64,000 nucleotides of DNA from a candidate division FCPU426 bacterium. GTDB lineage: Bacteria > Oederibacteriota > JAAXVQ01 > JAUVAV01. The stretch lies in the NCBI GenBank assembly GCA_040756875.1, contig JBFLYH010000001.1, positions 1 through 64,000 on the forward strand, given 5' to 3'. The translations under genes were made by a program, and so were the position numbers. The notes under the pieces are model-generated. The model saw nothing but the letters and a program-made list of their open reading frames with translations. It made no database searches and was not told the origin of the DNA. This document shows, piece by piece, positions 47,278-56,693 of the stretch (the stretch's first letter is position 1; each line of letters opens with the position of its first letter).

Positions 47278-47523
47278 AGCATTTGAGATTAAAAAGTAGA
47301 AATTAGGCAATAAAATCTCAAGTGCGGTCTACTCTCGACTTTCTACTCTCCGAACTTTTATTTTAACGACAAGGATGCGCGATCCGCGATCGCCTTTCGA
47401 TATTCCTTTTTAATGCATTTACTTCATCATTCAAATCCAACATAATATCCCCGTGGTGGAAGTTGCCCCTGGATATCGAAAAGTAATTGATTAAACATCA
47501 GTTAAAAAGGAGACCTCGGAGCC

Positions 47524-48477
47524 ATGAAACAAGTCAATCTCGGATCGCAAGGCCTGCGGGTGCCGGCCATCGGCTTGGGTTGCATGGGAATGCCGGATTT
47601 TTACGGCTCTTCTTCGGAGGCGCAAAACATCCGCGTGCTCGAACGGGCGGCGGAAATGGGGTGCACGTTCTGGGATACCTCGGATATGTACGGCCCGTTT
47701 ACGAACGAAATACTATTGTCAAAAGCGCTCAAGGGGCGCCGCGGGCAAATCACCTTGGCAACCAAATTTGGCGTTTCCCGCGGCGAAGACGGCAGCTGGC
47801 AGGGTATCAAAGGAAATGCGGGTTATGTTAAGTCGTGTTGCGATGCCTCGCTGAAGCGGCTCGGGACAGATTACATCGATCTCTACTACCAGCATCGCGT
47901 GGACCCCGAAACACCGATCGAAGAAACGGTCGGCGCCATGGCAGAACTCGTGAAGGCGGGGAAAGTGCGCTACATCGGCCTGTCTGAGGCGGATCCGGAG
48001 ACCATTACCCGCGCCCACCAGGTTCATCCTATCACGGCGCTCCAGACCGAGTATTCCTTGTGGTCGCGGGACGTTGAAGCTGACATTCTGCCGACCATAA
48101 AACGGCTGGACATCGGATTTGTGGCTTACAGTCCCCTGGGCCGGGGATTTTTATCCGGGGCCATCCGTTCCCGAAGCGATCTGAAGCCCGGAGACTGGCG
48201 GTTGGAGAATCCGCGATTTACCGAGGAAGCCATCGCCAAGAACAGCCGGTTGGCCGATCTCGTTGCAGAAGTCGCGAATGAAATGAAAGCCACAGCAGCT
48301 CAAGTCGCATTGGCGTGGGTTCTGTCGCGCAATGTCCCCCTCGCCGCCATACCAGGGACGCGGAAAATTGAACGCCTGGAAGAAAACTGGGCGTCACAAG
48401 ATGTCACTCTGCAAAAGGAACACCTGGACCGTCTTGACTCCCTCATTAAGCAGGGTGTGGTGGGCGACCGGTATTGA
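47524..48477 (+). CDS. Aldo/keto reductase
   Basis: GLGCMGM, DTSDMYG, ATKFG, DLYYQHR, GLSE, YSPLGRG, IPGT. Confidence 0.95.
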   Translation: MKQVNLGSQGLRVPAIGLGCMGMPDFYGSSSEAQNIRVLERAAEMGCTFWDTSDMYGPFTNEILLSKALKGRRGQITLATKFGVSRGEDGSWQGIKGNAGYVKSCCDASLKRLGTDYIDLYYQHRVDPETPIEETVGAMAELVKAGKVRYIGLSEADPETITRAHQVHPITALQTEYSLWSRDVEADILPTIKRLDIGFVAYSPLGRGFLSGAIRSRSDLKPGDWRLENPRFTEEAIAKNSRLADLVAEVANEMKATAAQVALAWVLSRNVPLAAIPGTRKIERLEENWASQDVTLQKEHLDRLDSLIKQGVVGDRY

Positions 48478-48711
48478 TCCTGACCTCACCCCGTCAACCG
48501 AAGTGGCCGGCAGGTCCGCGAGGACAGAGACGGGGAAGCAGGGAACGTTGATAAGTATATGAACGAAAAAGCACGTGCAATAAAAATATCTATTTATCAA
48601 TGGTCTCTTGTATTCGACGATACTATATATTTATATTGAAGAAAGTGTCTATTTACATCGTAAACAAGTAGAATACTGTTAAGCGCAATCTATGCCGGAG
48701 GAGACATTACC

Positions 48712-50679
48712 ATGCAAAGAAGCTTGTTCAGGGTTGTCTTTAAGTTTGTCCTTTGCGCGAGCTTATTGTATATCCCATCCGTGGGTTTGGCCGAAGAACC
48801 GGCAGCAACAGGTGAATTGGCTGCCCCGATAACTGAACTGATGCTTTTCGAAATGCCGTCCGTTGTCACGGCTTCCAAAAAAGCGGAGTCCATTGACAAG
48901 GCGCCGGGAGTCATTACGGTCATCACCGCCGAAGAAATAAAGAAATTCGGCGGCCTCACCTTGTACGACGTGCTGCAAAGGGCGCCCAGCATCCAACCTG
49001 TTGGCTCCCATTTGTTCCGGAACAACGCCATGATTGTCCGCGGGGACCTGGTGTCGCATTATGACAACCATATCCTGGTTCTCATCAACGGCAGGCCTTT
49101 CAGAGACGATATCGCCGGCGGGCAAAATGCGACGCTCTACGAGATCTTTCCCGTCGAGGTCATCGAACGCATTGAGATCATCCGCGGGCCCGGGTCGGTT
49201 CTTTACGGGACCAACGCCATGGACGGGGTCATCAATATTATCACCCGGCAGCCTGCGAAGGAACTCGAGGCGGACCTCACAGCCGGGGCCGGTTCTTACG
49301 GGGCCATGATCGGCAGGGGAACCATCGGATATAAAACCCAAGACTTCAACCTGCTTGCCACTGCCAACTATTTTAAAAATGACGGCTGGGATTTTCAGGC
49401 GAGCACGGTTTTGCCGAGAACCACCAACACCGAAGGGTCTATGAAATATTACAACCGCGATGCCAGCGGTTCATTGTTTCTTGGATATAAGAACTTCACC
49501 TTCAATGTCTATCATGCCGTTCTGAAGGACGGGAACTTGGGGATTAATCCCGCTTTTCAATATTCCGGCGGAGAAGGCCAAAGCTGGCTGGATTTAAGCC
49601 GCCTTTTTGCCGATGCCGGATACTCTCAACAAATCTTTGGCGAGTATACGGTCAACGCCAACGTCACTTTGAACCACGTCAGATTTGCAGCCCACACCAA
49701 GCAGGTACCGGCGGGCGAAGCAACCTCCGATCTTCTAGGGGAAATATCGGTTGGCGGCCCCATTATTGACAAAATCAACATGGTTGTCGGCGGGTTGTTA
49801 TCGAATAGCCAGAGGGCCTTTTCAGAAAATCCGCACTTCGCTGAATTCAATAAAAACAATCTATCCGGTTATGCGCAAGTCGATTACACTCCCTGGGACG
49901 AGTTCAAACTGATTGCCGGGGCCCAATATAACAAGCCCTCGAATGTCGACGGAGTCACGGTTCCCCGGCTGGGAGCCATCTATCAATGGACTGACAAACT
50001 GGGAACCAAGGTTTCCTACGCGGAAGCGTTCAGGGCGCCCTGGGCCATGGAAACCGCGATATCGTTCCCGGGGGTCATCATTGGAAATCCCGACTTGAAA
50101 CCCGAGATCTGCAAAACAGCCGATATTCATGTTTTTTATAATGAAAAAACGGTTCAATCGGCGGTGACCTTTTTCAGGACTCGATACGAGAACCTGATTG
50201 CGCGCATCATGAGTCCTTCGATACCCAGCACCAGCACGTATGACAATGTAAGCTCCATGGATATTTCAGGCGTTGAGTTTGAAACCAAGATCCCTTTGAC
50301 GCCGGATATTTTGATTGAAGGTTCTGCGTGTTATCAGGAGGAACAAAGCGACCTGCTTCTTACGCCTAATACTATGGTGAAAGTTGGGGTGAGTTATAGC
50401 ACCCCTTTTGGATTAAGCCTGGCTGTTTTTGATAATCATTTTGGGGACCCCAAGAAAAATGCCGGTCAAGCTCTTAATCCCGAGGCCAAGGCCATCGATT
50501 TAATCAGCCTCAATATAACCTACAACCCTCCTATGCTGAAGTCAGCGAAGCTGAATCTTTTCATTCAAAATGTATTGAATCAGGCTTACTTTTTTCCGGA
50601 ATTTGATAAAAATTGGGTCAACACGCTGCCTCTGGAGCCGGGCAGGGCCATTTTTGGCACAATCTCGTATGAGTTTTAA
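48712..50679 (+). CDS. TonB-dependent receptor
   Basis: Signal peptide, plug VTASKK..APGVITVIT, IERIEIIRGPGSVLYG, GNPDLKPE, C-terminal SYEF. Confidence 0.9.
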   Translation: MQRSLFRVVFKFVLCASLLYIPSVGLAEEPAATGELAAPITELMLFEMPSVVTASKKAESIDKAPGVITVITAEEIKKFGGLTLYDVLQRAPSIQPVGSHLFRNNAMIVRGDLVSHYDNHILVLINGRPFRDDIAGGQNATLYEIFPVEVIERIEIIRGPGSVLYGTNAMDGVINIITRQPAKELEADLTAGAGSYGAMIGRGTIGYKTQDFNLLATANYFKNDGWDFQASTVLPRTTNTEGSMKYYNRDASGSLFLGYKNFTFNVYHAVLKDGNLGINPAFQYSGGEGQSWLDLSRLFADAGYSQQIFGEYTVNANVTLNHVRFAAHTKQVPAGEATSDLLGEISVGGPIIDKINMVVGGLLSNSQRAFSENPHFAEFNKNNLSGYAQVDYTPWDEFKLIAGAQYNKPSNVDGVTVPRLGAIYQWTDKLGTKVSYAEAFRAPWAMETAISFPGVIIGNPDLKPEICKTADIHVFYNEKTVQSAVTFFRTRYENLIARIMSPSIPSTSTYDNVSSMDISGVEFETKIPLTPDILIEGSACYQEEQSDLLLTPNTMVKVGVSYSTPFGLSLAVFDNHFGDPKKNAGQALNPEAKAIDLISLNITYNPPMLKSAKLNLFIQNVLNQAYFFPEFDKNWVNTLPLEPGRAIFGTISYEF

Positions 50680-50827
50680 TATGCAAATGCAACCAGGGAA
50701 GTCATGATAAACAAATAGTGACGAAAACCTTCGGGAGGAACAGGGGGCGATGATAAAGCTATTAGCAGAAGCACTGGGGTGTTAGTCCTTTGTAGTTGTT
50801 TTTTAAGGTTTCCTATTACATTCCGTC

Positions 50828-51448
50828 TCAATCCAAGTTTCGAACTTTATCTAAAATGGGCCGCTTGCGAGGGCCAGTACTCGAACGCGAAGGGTAACCC
50901 ATGGGGATGACGGCCATGAACTCACCCCGGGGTTCTTCGAGCCACGCCAAGACATCCTCTTTGATCAGATAGAGTATCCCAAGCCAAACCGAGGCCAACC
51001 CCAAAGAAGTCGCGGCGATGAGCAGATTCTCGACCGCGGCGGCCGAGCTTTGAATCTCCATAATGCGGAAAAAATCGCGCGCACATTCCAGGTCGGCCGG
51101 AAAAAAACGGGCGCCCTGATCGACCAGTTCGCCGGTGTTTATCACTGCAATTGAAATGGGAGCGCAGGCGATCGTCCGCGAGGCCATGCGCAGCAACGCT
51201 GAAACTTCACGCGGAAAACCGGATGACTTGCGGTTGATCAGTTCCGCCAATTCTGCTTTTTTGCGGCCGCGAATAATGATAAATCGCCAGGACTGCTGGT
51301 TGTGGGCTGAAGGCGCATTGTTTGCAGCTTCTAGCAGCGCCATCAGTTCTGCTTCCGGCACCGCTTGCCCGGTAAACCGGCGGATGCTATGCCTGGCTTT
51401 AATGGTTTCTAAAACGTATTTGGACGAAATGGGGTCGTGTGCCAACAT
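50828..51448 (-). CDS. Nitroreductase family protein
   Basis: RHSIRRF, APSAHNQQSWRF, ENLLIAATSLGLASVW, MGYP. Confidence 0.92.
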   Translation of the reverse strand: MLAHDPISSKYVLETIKARHSIRRFTGQAVPEAELMALLEAANNAPSAHNQQSWRFIIIRGRKKAELAELINRKSSGFPREVSALLRMASRTIACAPISIAVINTGELVDQGARFFPADLECARDFFRIMEIQSSAAAVENLLIAATSLGLASVWLGILYLIKEDVLAWLEEPRGEFMAVIPMGYPSRSSTGPRKRPILDKVRNLD

Positions 51449-51474
51449 GGTTGTAAGCCTCCATGGACTGGACT

Positions 51475-52920
51475 TTATCGAAAAATGGACGAAGTAAGCA
51501 GTCCGTATCGGATGTAATTTATTAAGGTGCGGGGGCTTCCCAACGCGGAAAGCATTTTGCGAACAACATAGCCGGGCCGGGTATAAAATGACCGCAGAGT
51601 ATCACGCCGGAAGTCCCGGAGCACCTGACTGGAAAGGAACCGTGTGCCGCGGGTCGGGGTGCTGAAATAATCCTTTCCCAACGCGGTAAGGTCAAGCAGT
51701 CCCTCCGTTTTGACCATCTGATAGAGTGGCGTCCCATAAAAAGGCATGGCAATGTGCAACTCGATAAAGTCAGGAGCCAGTTGAAACAGGTGAGTCCGCG
51801 TGGCGTCAAGATGACCCTGGTTTTCCCAAGGCAGCCCGATCATGAAGAAACCGAAAGTTTGCAACCCCGCTTGTCTGCTCAGACGGGCGGCCCGGTGATT
51901 GTCTTCGAGGGTGGTGGACTTTTTGATTTTGTCCAATGTCTCTTGGCTCCCGGATTCGAAGCCGAAAGCCACCAGCCAACACCCGGCCGCCTTCATCTGC
52001 TGCAAAACCGGCAAAGACAAGGGTTTGACCCGGGAATTAGCCACCCAATGGATGTTGCCCCCCAGGGGCGAGGATGAAATCCTGCCGCATAATTCCTGGA
52101 CCCACGCCGGATCAAAAGTAAAGGTGTCAGCTTTGAAAAAGAAATTGCGCAGCCCGTATTTTTGATGGCACTCCATGAGTTCGGCGAGGACATTTTGCGG
52201 TGACCGGTAGCGGAGCCGCTTACCGGAGATAAGGGGCGTCAGGCAATATATGCACGAAGCGGGACACCCTCGCGCGATGGTAATGGTAGCGAGGGGTTCC
52301 TCGGTATCCGGACGAGTATATAAGCGGTTATTCATACGGGCCCGGTCGGGAAAAGGACAGGAATCCAGGTCCGTTTCCCATGAGGAAAAAGAGGTCCGGT
52401 GCCATTTCCCCTTTTTCCGATACAAGATGCCAGCGATCGATGCCAGAGGCGGTTGCTGCCGGAAATGTGCATTAACGAGCCGGTCCACGATAAAATCGCT
52501 TTCGCCCCCTATCAAGTAATCGGCAGAGGAAAGATCCAGTTGCGAAAGGAATTGGTCTTCCGGATCGAAAAAGATCGCTCCTTTGAGCATCACCATCAGG
52601 TGGGATGATTCCGCCTTCAGTTGGGCCACCAGTTGAAGATCCTGAAAAACCGTGGCATTTGTCGTGCTGATAAAAAGCGCGTCGGGTCGATAAGCCCTGA
52701 AATCCGTTAAAAGATCATGCCATACTTTTCTTTCAGTTTGATAATCACGCAGGAAAACCTGGTAGCCGGCGTTCACCAGTCGGGAAGAGGCATAGCCTAG
52801 ATCATTGCATGCGCGTACGGTCGTGGCTGATGATTTCCCGACATTCGCCTGACAGCGATCCTCGCCACGTTGGTAGAGGTTGCCCGGCGGATAAATCAGC
52901 ATGATTTTTATCATGGCCAT
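51475..52920 (-). CDS. B12-binding-domain radical SAM protein
   Basis: N-terminal LIYPP/cobalamin-binding-like region, RGCPASCIYC, GFESGS, FMIGLPWE. Start uncertain (52914-52932). Confidence 0.88.
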   Translation of the reverse strand: MAMIKIMLIYPPGNLYQRGEDRCQANVGKSSATTVRACNDLGYASSRLVNAGYQVFLRDYQTERKVWHDLLTDFRAYRPDALFISTTNATVFQDLQLVAQLKAESSHLMVMLKGAIFFDPEDQFLSQLDLSSADYLIGGESDFIVDRLVNAHFRQQPPLASIAGILYRKKGKWHRTSFSSWETDLDSCPFPDRARMNNRLYTRPDTEEPLATITIARGCPASCIYCLTPLISGKRLRYRSPQNVLAELMECHQKYGLRNFFFKADTFTFDPAWVQELCGRISSSPLGGNIHWVANSRVKPLSLPVLQQMKAAGCWLVAFGFESGSQETLDKIKKSTTLEDNHRAARLSRQAGLQTFGFFMIGLPWENQGHLDATRTHLFQLAPDFIELHIAMPFYGTPLYQMVKTEGLLDLTALGKDYFSTPTRGTRFLSSQVLRDFRRDTLRSFYTRPGYVVRKMLSALGSPRTLINYIRYGLLTSSIFR

Positions 52921-52986
52921 GTTAGCGAACAAGGTCCATTCCGGCCCGCGGCTTCGAAAAAACCGTGGGCACTAGTGTTCAATAAG

Positions 52987-53002
52987 TTCAGAAAAAACTG
53001 AA
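52987..53002. promoter_or_regulatory. Palindromic operator candidate upstream of the radical SAM gene
   Basis: TTCAG-AAAAAA-CTGAA. Confidence 0.6.
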
Positions 53003-53048
53003 ACAAACATTCACCAATAATCGAATAGTGGGCTTCATGATTTCTTTC

Positions 53049-53552
53049 TTATTTCGGGGTGAAGTTCTTAAGAAAATCCAGCATTTTACGGCTTTTGACG
53101 GTGTCGCTCAAGAGGCGGTTCATGATGCTGTTGGCCGTGGAAAGGATTTCTTCCATCTGTTCCAGGCGGGCCTGGATTTTTTTATCCTTTTCCAAATCCG
53201 CTTCTGCCAATAGATAACGGAGGGAATGCAACGCCGGGTCAAACTCTCTCTTTTTCCTTTCCACCACGATACGGAAAAACATGTTCCAAACATCCGGTTC
53301 AATCACATAAAAATCGCGGCGGTCTCCTGGTTGGTTGATGCGACGAATCAGTCCCCAGTTGCGCAGTTCCTTGAGACACATGCTGGCATTGCCGCGGCTG
53401 ATATGCAACCGGTTCGCCACTTGGTCCAGGTCAATGGGGGAGCTTTGCGCCAGAAGGAAAGCGTGAACCCGGGCCATGGAGCGGTTGATGCCCCATAACA
53501 CTCCCATGGCGCCCCAGGCTTCTATGAATTGGTTTATGTTGTTAATGTCCAT
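53049..53552 (-). CDS. GbsR/MarR family transcriptional regulator
   Basis: FIEAWGAMG..WGINRSMARVH, ISRGNASMCLKEL, GDRRDFY. Confidence 0.88.
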   Translation of the reverse strand: MDINNINQFIEAWGAMGVLWGINRSMARVHAFLLAQSSPIDLDQVANRLHISRGNASMCLKELRNWGLIRRINQPGDRRDFYVIEPDVWNMFFRIVVERKKREFDPALHSLRYLLAEADLEKDKKIQARLEQMEEILSTANSIMNRLLSDTVKSRKMLDFLKNFTPK

Positions 53553-53569
53553 AAGTAATATTTAGAACA

Positions 53570-53613
53570 TTCAGAATTAATTGAATATTAGTACCAATTA
53601 ATCATATTGTCAA
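53570..53613 (-). promoter_or_regulatory. Promoter with overlapping operator for the GbsR/MarR gene
   Basis: Minus strand TTGACA (53613-53608)-17 nt-TAATAT (53590-53585), with TTCA-N8-TGAA at 53570-53585. Confidence 0.65.
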
Positions 53614-53730
53614 GCAGCATTTTGTTTATACCTGTGTCAGTTCTGTCGTTAATGATCATAGTGGACAACCTATTGATAAAAATGGCATGATGATGTTTGC
53701 CTTGCAATTCCAATAAAATCGGGAGGGTCC

Positions 53731-55743
53731 ATGCGTAAACAAGCAGCTGGGGGATTGCTTTGTCTCATGCTGATGTTGAGTGCGGGAGCGGCTTTCGGGG
53801 ACGAGGTGATAGCCGAAGGAAACGGCGCCGGGATCACCGAGTTGTACCTGTTTACGGAGATCCCGAAAGTGAGCGTGGCTTCAAAGCGCCTGGAATCAGT
53901 GGAACAGGCCGCAGGCGTGGTCACGGTCATCACCGAAAAGGAAATCGCCCAGTTTGGCGGCAACAACCTGCTCGACCTGATCGAACGGATTGCAGGCGTA
54001 TACACTTTGGGTTCCTACATGTTTCCCAACAACAAAGTCTCCATCCGGGGCGACTTTCTGACCCATACGGATGACTCGGTTTTGATCCTGCTGAACGGCC
54101 GGCCCTTGCGCGAATCCATATCCGGCGGCTGGAACTACCCCGTATACGGGGCGTTTCCCCTGGAGGCCATTTCCAGCATCGAGGTCATCCGCGGACCCGG
54201 TTCGGTGCTATACGGATCCAATGCCTTCGTGGGGGTCATCAATATCATTACGAAAAGCGGTGACGAGGACTTCTCCGGAAAGGTAACTGCGGGCGGCGGT
54301 TCCTTCGGAACCAAGCTCGGATCGCTCAGCGCCGGCGGCAAGACGGGGGATTTGAAGGTCTACGGCGCGTTTAAATACTTCAACCGCGAAGGGTGGACGT
54401 ATAAAGCCGTGGATGAATACGGCCGGTCTGATGAGGCCAACCGGCAGGAAATCTATCAGGGGGCGTTTGTCAATCTGCAATACCAGGATTTCACCCTGAA
54501 CTGTTTCCAGACCAAATCCCGGCAATGGCACATCGGCTCTTCGCCGGACTGGAGGCAATCAGGCACGCTGGACCCCGAACGGTTTTTCGCGGACTTGGGT
54601 TATAAACTAAATTTTGATGAAGCCTGGTATGCCACCGTCAATGTGACGTTCAATTACCTCAACAGCGTGTTCAACCCGGACCCCCAGCCCCTGTCAAAGG
54701 CCAGCGATATTTTAGGCGAGGTCACGCTTTTTGGAACGATCAGCAAGGAACTGGATTTCATCGCCGGGGCAGTGGTGGATGACCGTTTTTGTTCGGAAAA
54801 TGGGGACCTGATCGATATGCCCGGCAGGCCTTGGGATGGCCTGAGGACCAATTACATCGATCCGTTTGATCAGAAAAATTATACCGCCTACCTGGAAGCG
54901 ACTTACCGACCGTTGGATATTTTGAAACTGATTGCCGGTCTCCAGTACAATTATCCCTATAATGGCAATGCGGACGTCGTTCCGCGAGCTGGGGCGGTCA
55001 TCAATTTTATGAATGATTTTGGGGCGAAAATACTCTACGGGCAGGCTTTCCGGTCTCCTTGGCCCATCGAGACCAACATTCATCACTATGTTCTGGGCGG
55101 CAACTCCGAATTGAAATCGGAAAAAATCGACACCTCCAGCGCCCAGTTGTTTTATAAAACCGCCCAGTTGTCTTTCGCGTTGACCGGGTTTTACAGCTAT
55201 TACACGGATTTCATTACTCGCAAAGCGACCGGCCTGACCCAGCCTCAATTCACCTATATCAACAAAGGCAGCATGGTCTCCAAAGGCGCGGAATTGGAAA
55301 GTCAGGCGCAGATTCTTTCCAACCTCACGGTGTCCGGCTCCTATTCCTATCAAACCAACACCAATTCTGACGGCCAAGTGAACGTGACTGAAATTCCCAA
55401 TCACATGATTAAAGTGGGGCTGGCTTACAATCCGCTGGAAGGGATAAATCTGGGGCTGTTCAATTCCTATATTGGACAGGCCAATCCGGTGAAAAATATA
55501 AATCCCGCGGTCAGGGAAGTGAATCCCGATGCCGAGCCCTACAACTGGATGACGGCCAAAGTGGCGTTTGATCTGTCCAAATTATTGGATTTTTGGAAGG
55601 AACATCCGGTGGGCATCGAATTCTACGGCGAGAATTTGCTGGATGAATCGGTTTATTACCCGGAAAACGGCCGGCGCCGGATCAATACCTTGCCCGGCCG
55701 CTCGGGCCGGGCGATCTACGCGGATGTGACCGTGCAATATTGA
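53731..55743 (+). CDS. TonB-dependent receptor (homologous to 48712-50679)
   Basis: Signal peptide, VASKR..AAGVVTVIT, IEVIRGPGSVLYG, C-terminal TVQY. Confidence 0.9.
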   Translation: MRKQAAGGLLCLMLMLSAGAAFGDEVIAEGNGAGITELYLFTEIPKVSVASKRLESVEQAAGVVTVITEKEIAQFGGNNLLDLIERIAGVYTLGSYMFPNNKVSIRGDFLTHTDDSVLILLNGRPLRESISGGWNYPVYGAFPLEAISSIEVIRGPGSVLYGSNAFVGVINIITKSGDEDFSGKVTAGGGSFGTKLGSLSAGGKTGDLKVYGAFKYFNREGWTYKAVDEYGRSDEANRQEIYQGAFVNLQYQDFTLNCFQTKSRQWHIGSSPDWRQSGTLDPERFFADLGYKLNFDEAWYATVNVTFNYLNSVFNPDPQPLSKASDILGEVTLFGTISKELDFIAGAVVDDRFCSENGDLIDMPGRPWDGLRTNYIDPFDQKNYTAYLEATYRPLDILKLIAGLQYNYPYNGNADVVPRAGAVINFMNDFGAKILYGQAFRSPWPIETNIHHYVLGGNSELKSEKIDTSSAQLFYKTAQLSFALTGFYSYYTDFITRKATGLTQPQFTYINKGSMVSKGAELESQAQILSNLTVSGSYSYQTNTNSDGQVNVTEIPNHMIKVGLAYNPLEGINLGLFNSYIGQANPVKNINPAVREVNPDAEPYNWMTAKVAFDLSKLLDFWKEHPVGIEFYGENLLDESVYYPENGRRRINTLPGRSGRAIYADVTVQY

Positions 55744-55972
55744 CAAGGTATTTAAAAGCCAAATAACCAAGCGTGTCTTTCTGTTCGCTCTTCATTTCCC
55801 GTGGAGGCTTTTGCACGCTCCTGTCAATCCCTCCGCAGGACCTTTGGCCAGGGAGAGGATTTGCGGGATTGAATTGCGGAGGGAGTCCGCTGGGATAGAA
55901 CGGCCATGGTATACCCCTGCCTGCAAGCTGAAATGACAGGAAAACACTCTGACCCCTATTGTCGCGAGGAAC

Positions 55973-56632
55973 ATGAATCCGTTTCTATTGGTGTCCCAGT
56001 TACTCCCGCTGATCGTTTTTATTGTCGTTGATTCCCTGGTCAAAGACGTCCGTGTATCCATTCTGGCCGCCGTGCTTTTTGCCGCAGGCCAGTTGGTCTA
56101 TACCTACCTGAAGGTCCAGCAATTCGACTGGTTTGTCGTGCTCGATGTCGGCCTGATCGTCGCGCTGGGCGCGGTCTCGATCATTTTCAAGAACGACCTG
56201 TTCTTTAAGATCAAACCTGCGATCATCGAAGGCGTGACGATTATCTTCATGCTGGCCCTGATTCTGGCCAAGGATGGGTTTCTCGCGGGATACTTCGGGC
56301 GCATGCTGCCCGGGGGCATGGCGTTGAGGCCGGAGGCGATCGGCCTGATGAAAACCATGCTGGGCTGGATGTGCGTTTATGTCCTCCTTCACATCGGCGC
56401 CGTGCTCTATACGGCGTTCTATTCAAGCCGCAAGGTCTGGGCGTTGGTTTCAGGGCCTGGTTTTTATTTGATCTTTATTCCCATCATGGCCATCGTAGTG
56501 GCAAGAGCGATCAAAGCGAGGGCAAGAACCGGATCCAAACAAACGCCCAGCCAACCGACTCCCGGTGAAAAACAGGCTGTTGGTGACAAGGACTTGTTGC
56601 TTTCGGCAAACAGAACTGCGGGCAAAAATTAA
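55973..56632 (+). CDS. IspZ/YciB-like inner-membrane protein
   Basis: LPLIVF, NDLFFKIKPAI motif and multiple TM helices. Confidence 0.75.
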   Translation: MNPFLLVSQLLPLIVFIVVDSLVKDVRVSILAAVLFAAGQLVYTYLKVQQFDWFVVLDVGLIVALGAVSIIFKNDLFFKIKPAIIEGVTIIFMLALILAKDGFLAGYFGRMLPGGMALRPEAIGLMKTMLGWMCVYVLLHIGAVLYTAFYSSRKVWALVSGPGFYLIFIPIMAIVVARAIKARARTGSKQTPSQPTPGEKQAVGDKDLLLSANRTAGKN

Positions 56633-56679
56633 TCCCCCTCTGCACCTGAGCGAGCTTCATTCGGGAGAGCGGGGGGATT
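56631..56679. terminator. Hairpin between convergent genes
   Basis: AATCCCCCTC...GCGGGGGGATT. Confidence 0.45.
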
Positions 56680-56693
56680 TGATGAAGCCGACC

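Noticed and set aside
53650-53710. Sigma54 promoter or Fur box upstream of the second TonB receptor
   Set aside because: The GG-GC spacing is 13 nt rather than 10, and only a half-site resembles a Fur box.
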